The position numbers and the translations under genes were made by a program. Shown piece after piece: positions 36,720-51,399 of a stretch of 64,000 nt of DNA. The DNA comes from Selaginella moellendorffii (taxonomy: Eukaryota > Plantae > Lycopodiophyta). The stretch is taken from contig NW_003314261.1 in NCBI RefSeq assembly GCF_000143415.4, positions 1,103,674 to 1,167,673 of the forward strand. The letters are read 5' to 3'. Below the pieces are notes generated by a model. It was not told the DNA's origin. It did no database searches and worked only from the letters and a program-made list of their open reading frames with translations. Position 1 is the stretch's first letter; every line of letters begins with the position of its first letter.

Positions 36720-37975
36720 GTTGGTCGACCATGCCCAACCTACCCACTATCTCTACTATACATTTAGAACCCTTTAAAACTAACCCCCCCTCCCCCTCCT
36801 TGAAGAATAAGCGTCCCTTAGTACCAGGAGTTGGTCTCTCGAATAAACTCGAAACTTACTAAATATGGAATATTCTTAAATTGCGAATTAAAAAACAAAC
36901 ACCATTGTGTTTAAAACAATGTTCACATTTCATAGATATGTCAAACGAGCAAATCTAGACACTTTTTATACAAAACATTTAAGACCAGAATGAGACTAAC
37001 ACAAAGGGCACGATAGCAAGGGTGTTTAGCAAACATGGTAAATTATCATTTAACGATATTGAGGGATTAATTTCAATATGCGAGGGTTTTTATCAAGCCA
37101 ATGCAAAATAGAGCAAAAAAAAACTAACAAACCAGGCCAAGTATGCTCAACTAAATAAACACTTAGGAACTCCTTCCTTATACTCATCCGGCCAAGTACA
37201 AATGCTAAGCCCAATTTACTAACACTTGAACAAAAGGAATTGATAAAGGGTGTAGCAATACTGACCTCATGCCGTCATGGTAGTAAGGAAAGAATATCCG
37301 AAAGGACTAGCCGATAGATAACTTTCAATACCCACAGTCACATTCGCAATAGTATCAAATGGTGTTTAACACAATTTTGGCATACTGGTGGCCTAACACA
37401 AGAAAGAGGGTATCCCACCAACTAAAACAGTATGGAATTGGGGCACAAAAGCCAAATGCAAAACAAGGAGTAACACAACCCAACAAAAACTAAACTGATA
37501 TCTCAGATGGTCAGACATGCATTCCAACCATTATCTCTATTATATGTTTAGATGTTTAGAACCCCCTATATCTCCCCCCCCCCCCTAACACACTTTAGGC
37601 TTTCACCCTAGCCACCTTTAATACCAAGAGTTAGTCTTTAGGACAAGTGTGAAAATTTATTAGGGTGAAAGCCACCTTTAATACCAAGAGTTAGTCTTTA
37701 GGACAAGTGTGAAAATTTATTAAATATAGAATGGCATTAGATTGTGAATTTGGGAGTAAGAATAACATAATATGGTTCAAAACACTCTCTACATTCCATT
37801 CTTGAACAAATCTAAACATTTACCATAAATAGCACTTGGATTTGAAATGGAACCAACACATAGAACATGTTTGGCAGATAAAGTAAACTACCATATAATG
37901 ATATTGAGGGACTAGACTCAATATCATGGGAGTTCTTGCCAAGCCAGTGCAAGACAAAGCAAAAGAAAACAAAAA
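36720..37975. repeat. Old two-copy direct repeat (about 36720-37130 and 37510-37975) containing a young 60-bp tandem duplication
   Basis: Shared blocks ctatctcta.tata, a C-run, aaatata/ggaat, aaatcta.aca, gatattgaggga and caagcca.tgcaa; exact duplication at 37611-37722. Confidence 0.65.
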
Positions 37976-38354
37976 TTTATGAGAGCATACAATGGCTATC
38001 CAAATAACATAAAAATATCTTTGGAGTGTTAATGAAGATTATAAATGTAGGAATGATACAATTTGGTGGTAAAGTCCTATCGTAATAAATATAAGAATTC
38101 AATTCTCATTTAAACCAACCTAGGTTGGCAAGTATATATAGGTTTTCCTTATAAAACTAAAAAGGTAGGTCCACATACATTTCTTTTATAAGAAAAATAA
38201 CTAATTTAATTTTTTTTTATTTTTAGGAAGAATATGGATTAAAATATATAGTAACTTAGCTTCTTGTACAACGCAACAAGGTTTGACATTGCCAATGCTT
38301 ATGTCTTTAAATATTTGTAAGTTTCTGAATTTATTGGCAATATCATAGATGCAT

Positions 38355-39228
<874 letters not shown>

Positions 39229-39261
39229 TTTGTGAGTGCCTGTGTGAAAAAGCTAGAAAAT

Positions 39262-40161
39262 ATGAAACTCAATTTTCTCACATTTATCTATTTATTTATT
39301 TGCCTTGAGGGTAAGCTTGAGTATGCTGGGACTGCAGAGGTTATACCAGTTGGTGGTCCACGGGATGTTATTTTATTTACACTAGATCAGGTGATGGATT
39401 CTATTAGTTCTTCTTATAGCTATTCATATGGACGGGCATTTGCATATTTTAACGTGATTGGGTCATTTCGTGTGCTTGTAGCTGCATGGTTTCTCAATCC
39501 TGTTAATGATGAAGGATATTGTAGTGGTCAATTTAACAAAAATGATGGTGCTGATGGAGAAGATATTAAAACTGGTTTATACCCAATTTATCATGTTTTG
39601 AAGGATAAAACACAATGGAAAGGTTATGATGCTTTAGTGATTGTTAATGCTAATTTTATGCTTCTTTATTTTTTAGAATATGGATCAACCATACCAAAAA
39701 TGTCAATAAAAGAACTTATAACAAACAAGACTATAATACAAAAAATCCCTCAAGAATTGTATGATTGCTGGATTATGTATTCAAGCCTGATTTCTGGAGA
39801 GGACTATAATACTTTTGCTTTTATGGATCCTGGCACAGTGAAGGCTTCTCCAAATAAACTTTTTGAGTTAATATTGCTTAATAATTGTGAAATTCAATTA
39901 GTAGATGTAAAAAATAAATATTCATATTGGAATAGCAATACTGGTAATTATGGACAATATGGTTGTAAATTAAGACTTCAAACAGATGGTAATCTTGTAT
40001 TATATAAAAGAAATGGAGATCCAATATATACAATTAATAGATACTGCTCCCCATCACCATGTGAACTACCATCTATTCTTACTATACAAGATGATGGAAA
40101 TTTAGTGTTATATCGTAGTTTATCAGGAAGTGTAGATTTTGTTATCTATCGTACACATTAA
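39262..40161 (+). CDS. Second intact secreted unknown-domain + GNA lectin fusion (about 299 aa, intronless)
   Basis: [17 protein letters not shown] signal-like start; collinear with 794-1717; [10 protein letters not shown] and [10 protein letters not shown]. Confidence 0.83.
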   Translation: MKLNFLTFIYLFICLEGKLEYAGTAEVIPVGGPRDVILFTLDQVMDSISSSYSYSYGRAFAYFNVIGSFRVLVAAWFLNPVNDEGYCSGQFNKNDGADGEDIKTGLYPIYHVLKDKTQWKGYDALVIVNANFMLLYFLEYGSTIPKMSIKELITNKTIIQKIPQELYDCWIMYSSLISGEDYNTFAFMDPGTVKASPNKLFELILLNNCEIQLVDVKNKYSYWNSNTGNYGQYGCKLRLQTDGNLVLYKRNGDPIYTINRYCSPSPCELPSILTIQDDGNLVLYRSLSGSVDFVIYRTH

Positions 40162-42185
40162 AAGTTTATTTATATACAAATCATTCAAACTGCATTGTAT
40201 ATTCTATAACCAGACATTCATATTAAACTCCAAATTCTCATAGTATAGTAATTATTTATCCAATATTGATCAACACTTTCAGTGTTTTTAAAAAAATTAG
40301 AACTATAATCTAATTAGTAAAGAAACTTTAATCAACAAGATAGTATTATACAAAATAAAAGCTTTGGAATCTCATTATGTATAACTAAAGATAATTGAAT
40401 ACTCTTTTGAAAACTTTTAATTTTAAAGTAACATAATTTTTGTTTACTAAAAACTAATGCTTTAAATTCTGTCAATATTAATACGAACAATTTATTTGTG
40501 GCATATCTGTGCCAACCTGGCAAAGGCTAGGCCAGTCAGTTGATTTGGAGACCAAGCCTAAAGCTCTGTAAATAAAATGTATTACATTGGGAAAATGTGT
40601 TGCTCATTAAAATGTTAATTGGTTTACCATGTTTTGTTTTCTTTTTTTGGCACTGGATTTTCATTTTTCTCACATGCCATAAATGCTATGACAACTAAAC
40701 ATTTTACCAACCTAGTGGCATATTATAGTAATGCCACATCATGCTGGAATGCCAAATTCACATAGCTATGCTTGATCCATGCCTCCCACACTTTGCATAA
40801 GCTTGGTTGATCGATTTCCCTTGTTTCAAAGTGCCAAAAAGCAAACATGAGCACCAAAATAATAAGACTGCAGTAACCTTCAAGGCCTAACATGATCACA
40901 TACATTAGCCTTTTTGTTTTGCTTTTTTAAAGCTAAAATTATTTTAAAGCTAAAAATATTATTTTTTTAAAACTTAATGTTGTGATAAAGAAATAATTGA
41001 TTACTTGACTTTTGAAATGGAGGAGATTACTTTATATTAATAATTTGTTCCACTATACAATAGGGCTTATATTTGCACGTTAAATACAAAACTATAGAAA
41101 TTATGCAAATGCACTTACCATACTTGATTATTATCTAAATTTCTCAAATCCAGGTTTCCAATTTACACCGCACTCCCTCACCAGTGCCTGTGGTGCTACT
41201 CACACACCACAAGTGAGCAGAGCAGCCATAGAACCCTAGAAGTGCATTGTGTAACAGCTGTCACCATCTCTTCCCTCTTAGCCACATCTGCATGCCACCA
41301 TTGGCCGCCAATATTCTCTAAAACCATGGCTACCGACCCTGGCCTGGGCCTGGGGTGGCCTCCCCTTCCTGAGAACCATGGCTTCCAGGTCTGGGATCGG
41401 ACGGCTGCAGGGGTCCGGGCCCTTTGTTTTTATATATATAGATATGCCGATAACTTGGAAAATCACTACTATTGTCATCCAATCAGGAACATCTTTGCTA
41501 TTAGGCATCTTAAACATTTGCTTTTGTACAATAGACTGTATATTCCAGCTCCTTGCAAGTACCACAATGTCTACTAATGCCTTTGCAACACAGTGAAGCT
41601 AGGCTGATTTTTCTTGGATTACTTTTCCATATGCAGATGATAAGCATGAATTTTTTCGCAAAAAACTGTGGTAGACTGACTTCTAATAAGAAAGAGAAAA
41701 AAAATTCAAGGCCTCTCGTGAACTAAGATACATAAAAATTGATGTGGGTGAGACTTGATCCCAAGCAAGATCACCCATGAAGCTCACAGCTACATGCACA
41801 TGCACAAACAAAGTGCAAGAAGGGAAGAAGCTAGAAAAACTGCCAAACAGAAGTAAGTTTACATAGAAATATCCTAAACCACATAAGCCATGGATCAAGA
41901 GGCCGAAATATCAAAGATTGAGTCACAAAAAAATGCACGTATTTTTGCAAGCTGCAATACCGCCACCTCGCTGGTTGTCAAAGTTGGAAATACCTACATC
42001 AAAGTGAAAATGGCAGGAGGAAAAGATTACAATAGAAGCAAAAAACAATTGATCATAGATGGATAGAATCTATTACTTGTCAAACATACAATAGAAGAAT
42101 ATCCTAGAATAGTTCTAGGAATTTTTAAATTCTTATTTTTAAAAGTTTAAAACATTAAGGGTGAACTTAAATATAAAAGAGGAAG

Positions 42186-43693
<1,508 letters not shown>

Positions 43694-43794
43694 GGCTAGA
43701 AGAACCCTAACCCTAGCCCAGCAGTATATCCTTTTTGATTTGTATATTCTTTTTTACTAAACATCGTTAAGCAATAAACTTGGATTTATTGGAT

Positions 43795-44478
43795 CTAAGA
43801 AGGAAAAAGAGAGAGAAATTAAGATATCAAAATACCTGGTGTTTCCTATCAACAAAATCTTTGATGTCCAACTTGAAATTCCTTAAGACCTCATTTCCTT
43901 CACATACCTTCCCTAGCAAAATTGCGTTCTATGACTCTTTCTTGACTAGAATCTCGATCTCTATAAAGTAAGAGAATATAGATGCAAGCAATAAAATTAT
44001 TTGACATTACCTGAGAACAGTACTTGATCAGTTGAAATCTTCTTGTGAAAGACCTCCAAGACAAATAATCGTTCTTGATGCTCGCTCACAGTATCCTGCA
44101 TAGACGCCTTACTCTAATCTCTGACAAAAAAGTCCAGCCTTAAGTGGAAACAACAGAAGTTCCACGCTGCATATTCTGGACCTTCACCATTCATCCCGCT
44201 TTTCTTCTCACACCACTAACATTCACAAGCGTGCTATCCCTGTACAAGTTCAAACATATCTCGCCTTGCTTCACTTTGTTGAGCACCAAGAGCGTTGGCT
44301 TAGATTTGATGCGATTGACAATCCAAGGTCCCAAGAGAACCTGCAGAAAAAAAGTCAATGGTTTTTATAAGAACAGACTATAGCATGCTTGCTTGCGGGG
44401 ATGGCAAATATCCGCAACCAGGAGGAGGCAATTGGACTTGATAGTGGCGCTTCACACACTTTTCATCACCAATTCGTC
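43795..44478 (-). pseudogene. Deletion-riddled partial duplicate of the ERA GTPase gene (parent about 53785-54742), introns retained
   Basis: Collinear blocks such as tttcctatcaacaaaatc, cacataccttccc.agcaaaattgc, gttcttgatgctcgctcaca and gatggcaaatatccgc. Confidence 0.88.
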
Positions 44479-44479
44479 C

Positions 44480-44860
44480 GATAACGATAAGAGTTTTAGT
44501 TTCATGTTTGTTTTCTCCGCCTAGAACGGTCTCTTTTCTTTCTGGTCTCTGCTTGTTTCTTTTTGTGTTCTCTTTTTGGAGCTTGAAGCTAGTGACACGA
44601 TGGTTTCGCAATTACATACCTCTACAAATACAAGCTTTAGACGCACCCATGCGAGACGATAGACTACTAGTAAATTCACCACTGGCTGATGGTGCTATGG
44701 GCTCTTCAGGTTTATTCCTTTTGGCCATCTTTTGAATTCCTTCTCCTCAGGAGCTAGAGGTCGAGGAGAGACAAGCAGAGATGGCAGAGTTAGTCAGAGG
44801 AAAAGGATGAAAGTGAAATGAGAGTGAAAGGTTTGCATTTGGGATGATCTTTCTTGCCTC
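44480..44860 (+). pseudogene. Deletion-riddled partial duplicate of the CBS-domain gene (parent about 55822-56330)
   Basis: Shared gcctagaacggtctct, gagcttgaagc.agtgacacgatggtttc, gtaaattcaccactggctgat and aggagctagaggtcgaggagagacaagcagag. Confidence 0.88.
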
Positions 44861-44923
44861 TTGTTTTTTTTTACAGATATTTCTTTTTTAGAAAAAATAT
44901 CTACTAATGATCGTTCTCTATCT

Positions 44924-45652
44924 ATGAGGTTGTCTTGCATTTGCTTCTCAGCTATGTCTTTTTTCTTTATTTGTTTGTGTTGATAACCTTGAGAATGTTG
45001 GGACTGCAAATGGTGGTTCATAGGATGTTATCTTGTCTACATTAGATCAGGTGATAGACTCTATTAATGAAAATTATAGTTATGCATATGGAAAGGCATT
45101 TGCATATTTTAGCGATATTGTGTCATTCCAAGTGCTTGTAGTTACATGGCTTCTCAACCCTATTAATGATGAAGGATATTGGAGTGGTCAATTTAATAGA
45201 AATAGTGGTGCTAGTAAAAACTAGTTTATACCAAATTTTGAAGGGAAAGGTTATGATGCTTTAGTGCCAATATTTTCTAGAAAAATACCTAAGATGTCAA
45301 TAGAAAACCTTATAAACAAGACTAAGATTGTAGAAAAAATCCCTCAAGAATTATATGATTGTTGAATTATGTTTTCAAGCCTTATTTCTGGAGAGGACTA
45401 TCTTTGCCGTTATAGAGCCTGGCACAGTGATATTTATATTGGAATAGTAATACTGGTAATGATAGACAATATGGCTGCAGATTATGGCTTCAAAACTGAT
45501 GGTAATATGGTTCTAAGTGGATATTCAATATATACAATTAATAAATATTGTTCTCCATCACTATGCGAGCTACCATTCATTCTTATTATATAAATTTATT
45601 GTTGTATTGTATTTTATCAGGAGAAGTAGATTTTGTTGTCTATCATACATAA
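44924..45652 (+). pseudogene. Third member of the lectin-fusion family, pseudogenised
   Basis: [33 protein letters not shown] and INKYCSPSLCELP, with stops and multiple deletions relative to 39262-40161. Confidence 0.88.
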
Positions 45653-46020
45653 TTTAAAGCTGGGATAATATTAATTAATTTATGAACTGAGATATATATC
45701 ATTTGATTTATTATAAACTTTTCATTGGAGTTTTTACAACTTGGAATCATAAATCCAAATGTATCAGAGGATTAATCAATGATTCTGAATTTAATCAAAT
45801 ACAGTGTAAAAGGCAATAAAATATACTACAACTCTATGACAACCAAGCTCCCAATCACCCAATGGACACTCTATTTCATTTTGGTGACCCTCTAGGTTTG
45901 TTATTATTATTATGAATGCATGAATGTTTTACATTTTCTTTGTTCTTATAGAGGCAATCCTCATGACTTCTGACCACTATCGTGACCATAATGTTGGGGT
46001 CATACAAAGAAGACTAAAGA

Positions 46021-46292
<272 letters not shown>

Positions 46293-46544
46293 TATAAGCC
46301 CACTAAGTAACTTAATTGTTCAACTTCAATAATGAAGTGACTACAATATAATTGCTATATCCAAGAAGTATGTAAGTATGTATAGAACTTTTAAAATCCT
46401 AAATTACTATTAGACAATAGTAATGATCCAAATGCAAGACAACATACATATATTGTAATACTTTTACATTATATTTTCAATACTATTTACATATGGCAAT
46501 GTTGGCAAAAACAAAAGATTATTCCTCAACTATTTCTTTTAAAT

Positions 46545-47150
46545 ACCAAGTTATACTTGTTATAGAGTAGTTCATCTTTACTAATTGTAATATAAAGATG
46601 ATGTACATAATGGGATAACATTGACTAAACACACTCATGCTTTCTTGCATCAACACACATTTGAGACTAATACAATAAGTATTGTTGCACAAGATGAAAT
46701 CTTAAGTATAGTCAAGATATGCTAAACCTAAAGGACTTTGTTAACACTTTTTTGAGTTCTATAGATGTTTGTTTGCACTTCTTAAACAAAAAAAAATGAT
46801 GTTAATGACTTCAATAATACTTACAATAATGATCAATAAAAAGACCGAGATATTACACCTTATCACAAAAAATATAATACCTAAGATAAATTATATCCTT
46901 ATATCCAAATATGCATTTTGACCATTTTAACTTCAATCCAACTTCTTGCAATTAATCAAATACTTTATAAACATTATAGATCTACTTCTCCCACTACTTC
47001 TTTGAGTGGATAAAGTTATCATTAATAATATTGACAATCACCTTTGGCATATTGTAAGGAAGCTATCCATCATCCATTGAAAATTTTCTACAACATTATT
47101 CAAATCTAATAGCATTATCAAAAATTTATACAAACTAAATAATGTAAACA
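46545..47150 (-). mobile_element. Hypermutated Ty3/gypsy RT-RNase H relic
   Basis: The minus strand reads FTLFSLYKFLIMLLDLNNVVENFQWMMD (cf. TPFGLYEFLVMPFGLxNAPATFQRMMD) and FILCNNTYCISLKCVLMQ...PIMY...MNYSI (cf. FILxTDASxxGLGAVLMQ...PIAY...NYS). Confidence 0.75.
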
Positions 47151-48114
47151 AATAGTATTATAAACACCTTTGGGCATTGACACTTGTCAATACTCAAAAA
47201 CAAAATCAAACTTAGTGAAACAATGACTTATCCTCAAACAATCTAGAAAATAAAAGTATAAGGAAAAGGATATATATTTAATATGGTCACAACATTTAAT
47301 GGGTGATAATTAATATAAAACCAAATACTCTCATCAGGCTTCATCACAAAATGAAATTCACATGCCTAAAGACTCCAAAACTTTTGGATGATATTGTTTT
47401 CCAATATCTCTTTGACATTTGTTTATAAGAATTTTAATCTTCTTAAGTGATTGATGTTGATGACTAGTTAATCCTCCAGCTCCCCAACGACTCAATTGTA
47501 TCTAGTTTATAATGCAGCAGCTATTGTCCACTGGAGCTCTTCCTCCAGTGTGTCGCCAACTTTACAAGGTGGAAGCTGGATCCACTCTGGCTACTTCTAT
47601 CACTGCTAGTCTCATGCCTCATGATGAGAAGCATGGTGTGGTGAGAAAAGTTTTTCTACATGTCTCAGAATGATTGTATTATCCAGATATGGTGATAGGA
47701 CTTCTTTTTCATTCTTTCCATTCTGCAGGAGTTGAGATGAAACTGCCATTGTAAAAAACCTCTTGTGAGTGAGATGTGGAGAGTGCAAATTTAAATAATT
47801 TCGGTAGAAAAGCTAATTTTCTTTGATAGAACATAGGACTGGATCTCCATAGGAGTTGTCAAGAAGTCATGCCCAGTGAATCACTTTCCTAGCACTGCTG
47901 GGCAGAATTCTTTGGATATGGAGTAGTAAGGAATGTTCAATGCACTGGAAGTGATTGCTAGGGATTACTCGCATTTAACAGATGAAATATTAAAATAGAT
48001 TCTTAAAAGATACCATTTTTAAGGGTTCTTCTTGTCGTGCGAGTAAAGTAAGCCCTAGTCGTGCGAGTAAGCGAGAGCAAGTAAGTTTGTGTTTGTTTTT
48101 TCATGTGATCAACG

Positions 48115-49725
48115 ATGGCAAGAGTTCTTCCTCCTTGGAGACCTGCTGGAGCTGCAAAGACGCTGCCACTGTCACCACGAGCGCTACGACGAACAAGTCC
48201 TGGTGCAGTGCCACCTCCTCCTCGGCAATCAGGGCAAGCAACTCCTCCACGAGCAGTTTCTCCTCGGTCACCACGAGTAGCAGGATCTGCACTGGCACCA
48301 CCAAGCTCGCCACGATCTTCTCGAGCGGCTCCTCATCCTCCTCGGACCGTGTCGCCACCTCATCCTCCTCTGGCAGTATCGCCACCACGAGCGCTACCAC
48401 CTGCTCACGGTCAAGAGACTCCTCCTCCTCCTCCGCGGGCAGTGTCTCATCGTCGGCTAGCACCACCATCTGAGAGCAAGGCTCCTCCTCCTCTTCGGTC
48501 AGTGTCTCATCGTCCGCTAGCACCATCATCTGAGAGCAAGGCTCCTCCTCCTCCTCGGCCAGTGTCTCATCGTCCGCTAGCACCACCATCTGAGAGCAAG
48601 GCTCCTCCTCCTCCTCGGCCAGTGTCTCATCGTCCGCTAGCACCACCATCTGAGAGCAAGGCTCCTCCTCCTCCTCGGCCAGTGTCTCATCGTCCCCTAG
48701 CACCACCATCTGAGAGCAACGCTCCTCCTCCTCCAGCAAGCAGCAACAATGCTCCAGGACGCCACAAGGGGATGCCGCCACAAGCTCATCACGGCCCAGC
48801 AGCTCCTCGGGAGCAGGGACATGTTCCTCCACATCGTGGCTCTGGACCTCATCACCGGAGGCGATCACGGTATGGCTCTCATTGCTCTATGGCTCCTGTT
48901 AACGTTGGATGTTCCAGGAGCAAACCACGGCGTCATGCTCCCCGTGCTAATACACCACCACCACCCTCTTGTCCAACGAAACATGGTCATTCTCCACCGA
49001 GGCGAGCTTCACCAAGCAACGCTCCTCCTCGGGCAGTGGCGCCTCATCCTCCACCATCTCACAGTCGAGAGCACGGGGCTCCTCCTCCTCCAGCAAGGGA
49101 TCATCCAGCAGCGCCGCCTCCTCCTCCTCCAGGTCGCCATAGGGAGAAAGGGCCGCCACCTCAATCTCCCCCACACAGGCGCCCTGCAACTCATGGCACC
49201 GCTCCTCCACATCGCGGCTCGCCTTCAGGCGGGAGGACGCCTTCAGCTCGGTCGCCACCTTTCAGGTACTATGGGTTTTTTCATTGTTTGCCACCTGCTA
49301 AAAGATTTTGGTTTTTCAGGAGCAAACCACCTCCTACACCGTTGAGTGCTGGTTCGGAGACACCTCCTGCTCATCAAACCAGCGAGCATCCCGCAAATGG
49401 TGATGGAACTAGCAGCGGGGGGAATCCGTGGACGTGGGATTGGGATTGGGATCCAACCATAGAGTGGCAGCCTGGTTACGTCCCAGCTACCGGCAGCCAC
49501 AGCAGCGGCTCCATCAGCCCTGCTCTTCCTCCTCCTCCTCATGGCGGGAACTCAGCTCCAGTGGTTGCAGGAGTGGCAGCAGTCGTGTGGATTCCTCTCG
49601 TGGGGCTCGTGTTGGTTATTCTTGTCCTGCTGCTCCTGGTTGTGCGGTCTTGCCTCCGCTGCCGCGAGAGGAACAGGGACGAAGTATTCATCTACAATGC
49701 TGCTGCGGCTTCCGATCGTTATTGA
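48115..49725 (+). CDS. Proline-rich repeat protein with a single C-terminal TM helix; two probable in-frame mini-introns (48870-48917, 49266-49319)
   Basis: 536-aa ORF with 20-aa repeats PPPPRPVSHRPLAPPSESKA, WTWDWDWDP, and TM VVWIPLVGLVLVILVLLLLVV followed by RSCLRCR. Confidence 0.65.
   Translation: MARVLPPWRPAGAAKTLPLSPRALRRTSPGAVPPPPRQSGQATPPRAVSPRSPRVAGSALAPPSSPRSSRAAPHPPRTVSPPHPPLAVSPPRALPPAHGQETPPPPPRAVSHRRLAPPSESKAPPPLRSVSHRPLAPSSESKAPPPPRPVSHRPLAPPSESKAPPPPRPVSHRPLAPPSESKAPPPPRPVSHRPLAPPSESNAPPPPASSNNAPGRHKGMPPQAHHGPAAPREQGHVPPHRGSGPHHRRRSRYGSHCSMAPVNVGCSRSKPRRHAPRANTPPPPSCPTKHGHSPPRRASPSNAPPRAVAPHPPPSHSREHGAPPPPARDHPAAPPPPPPGRHREKGPPPQSPPHRRPATHGTAPPHRGSPSGGRTPSARSPPFRYYGFFHCLPPAKRFWFFRSKPPPTPLSAGSETPPAHQTSEHPANGDGTSSGGNPWTWDWDWDPTIEWQPGYVPATGSHSSGSISPALPPPPHGGNSAPVVAGVAAVVWIPLVGLVLVILVLLLLVVRSCLRCRERNRDEVFIYNAAAASDRY
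48421..48735 (+). repeat. 60-bp coding tandem repeat, about 5 copies
   Basis: gctcctcctc..agtgtctcatcgtccgctagcaccaccatctgagagcaag in exact 60-nt register. Confidence 0.95.
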
Positions 49726-49799
49726 GAGTGCAACAAGGTTATGAAGAAGACTCTCTCTAGAATGAACTACACAACAACACATCTCTAAGAAAGGAGATC

Positions 49800-50010
49800 T
49801 CCAAGGAAAGGACTACACACAAAAACGAGAAGCAAGGAATTTGCAATGGATTAGTGCTCAGACATCTGTACTAAAAGGACCACACAGAAAAGCGAGAAGC
49901 AAGGCCTCAACATGTATGTCTACCGAAAGGACTACATAGAGACTACAGAAGCAAGGCCACAACATATATCTCAACAGAAAGGATTACACAGAGAGAAGAG
50001 AAGCAAAGCC
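49800..50010. repeat. Degenerate ~50-65-bp repeat (aaaggactacaca...agaagcaagg), about 4 copies
   Basis: The motif recurs near 49807, 49875, 49926 and 49978. Confidence 0.7.
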
Positions 50011-50169
50011 GCAATATATCCCTATTGAAAGATGGCGAAGAAGAAACATTAGATTAGTGTGCGAAGTGTGGATTTGATTAGAGTGTGCAGTGTGGATTTG
50101 TTTGTAAAAGCTACAAGTTTTTGTCATGGAAATTATCTTTATTCACAAACAGCGCAAACAGCGCAAACT

Positions 50170-51235
50170 CTACAAAAACGCTTGAAAACTCGCTAAAGTT
50201 GAAGCGGCACCCAAGCTGCGTTTGAGGCTCGATGAAAGAACCGAGTGGATTGCGGCCTTGTTGAAAGCCTCGGTGGTATGGGTGCCGCCCCAGCTCGGTG
50301 AAGTTCCTGCCACTGACCACTCCCTGCGTTCCACAGGGAACTCGCGTATCATAGTTGTATGGCTTTCCAGTCCCGCAGCAAGCTTCTGGTCTGTTCTGAA
50401 ACCTTGGAAGCAAAGCAAGAACGATTCGTAATTAGAGGAGAGGATCGTATAGCATGCCGGTTACCATTGCGGCCATGGCGACGTAGATAAGCCTCCGGAC
50501 GGAGTCCCCAAAGCTGGTTCGCAGCACGTCTATGGTGACCCTGAGAAGCTCGTTGTGAAGAACTGTGATCCGGTTGTAGTTGATGAGGCAGCCCATGGGG
50601 TGGCGAAGCTGGTCAGGAACTCGGGCGGGCATCCCAGAGGTGGAAGATTGAAGACCATGAAGTTGGCCGCTCTGAAAGTCGTCGAGAGGAACTACACGAG
50701 GAAAAGTATTGGTGAGGTTAAAACACATCAGTCTAGAGGAAAAGTTACCAGAACAGTCACTGTGATGTTCTCCACGACGTGGGGGATTACAGTGCGCTCC
50801 GTCTTGTTCTCGCGGAAGAATGCGTATCTGTTGTTGTCGAGACCCGATTCCTCGTTAGCCAAATGCTGGTGATCTTGGCTGAGTGAAAAACCAAGTAGAA
50901 ATGGGAGATATAAAATAACCAACTTACCAAGAGATTGATTCCCAAGAGCATCTCTCACGAGCCACTGGATCTGAGGCATGAGAGGGTATGGGTTCTGCCG
51001 AGATCCAATCGAGCTGGCAGGCCTCCCTCCTGGAAATTCGAGACACCAATTCCCAGCGCCTGAGCTGTGGATCGCCCAAAAGAAGATGAGATTCGAGCAA
51101 GGAGAATGATATTACCGACGACATCCAGCATCAGCCGCCCATCCGAGAGCCGCCGCTTGCAGTAGGAGAGGTTCCCGACATCGCCCCAATCGTCGCCAAA
51201 GCCGACGAGCACCTGTGGTAGAACCCTAAACCATC
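50170..51235 (-). pseudogene. GDSL esterase/lipase pseudogene
   Basis: Fragments GFGDDWGDVGN, RLSDGRL, GCLINYNRITVLHNELLR, ACCGTGKPYNYD and HTTEAFNK scattered over several frames. Confidence 0.8.
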
Positions 51236-51399
51236 TCCTTCAGGAAAATTGGCGGGATAGAAAGGTCGATGAGGTTTCCATCGCTTGTCTTGCTCGTGTT
51301 GTGCGGCATTTTGGCGCAGGGGCACGGCGGCGGAGGCTTTTAGATTTCGAATTCCCGCCACTTTCAAAACTAGGGCTTACGGCTAGCTAGGGTTTATGC

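Noticed and set aside
36720-37975. Two-copy repeat as the LTR pair of the adjacent gypsy
   Set aside because: Both copies lie on the same side of pol, and no TG...CA ends, PBS or TSD were identified.
47529-47550. 8-bp hairpin cactggag...ctccagtg as a Helitron 3' end
   Set aside because: No CTRR terminus at the expected short distance on either strand.
48101-48868. Antisense acidic repeat ORF (EEEEEPCSQMVVLADDETLA)
   Set aside because: Shadow of the Pro-rich plus-strand repeat; the splice signals and TM segment support the plus strand.
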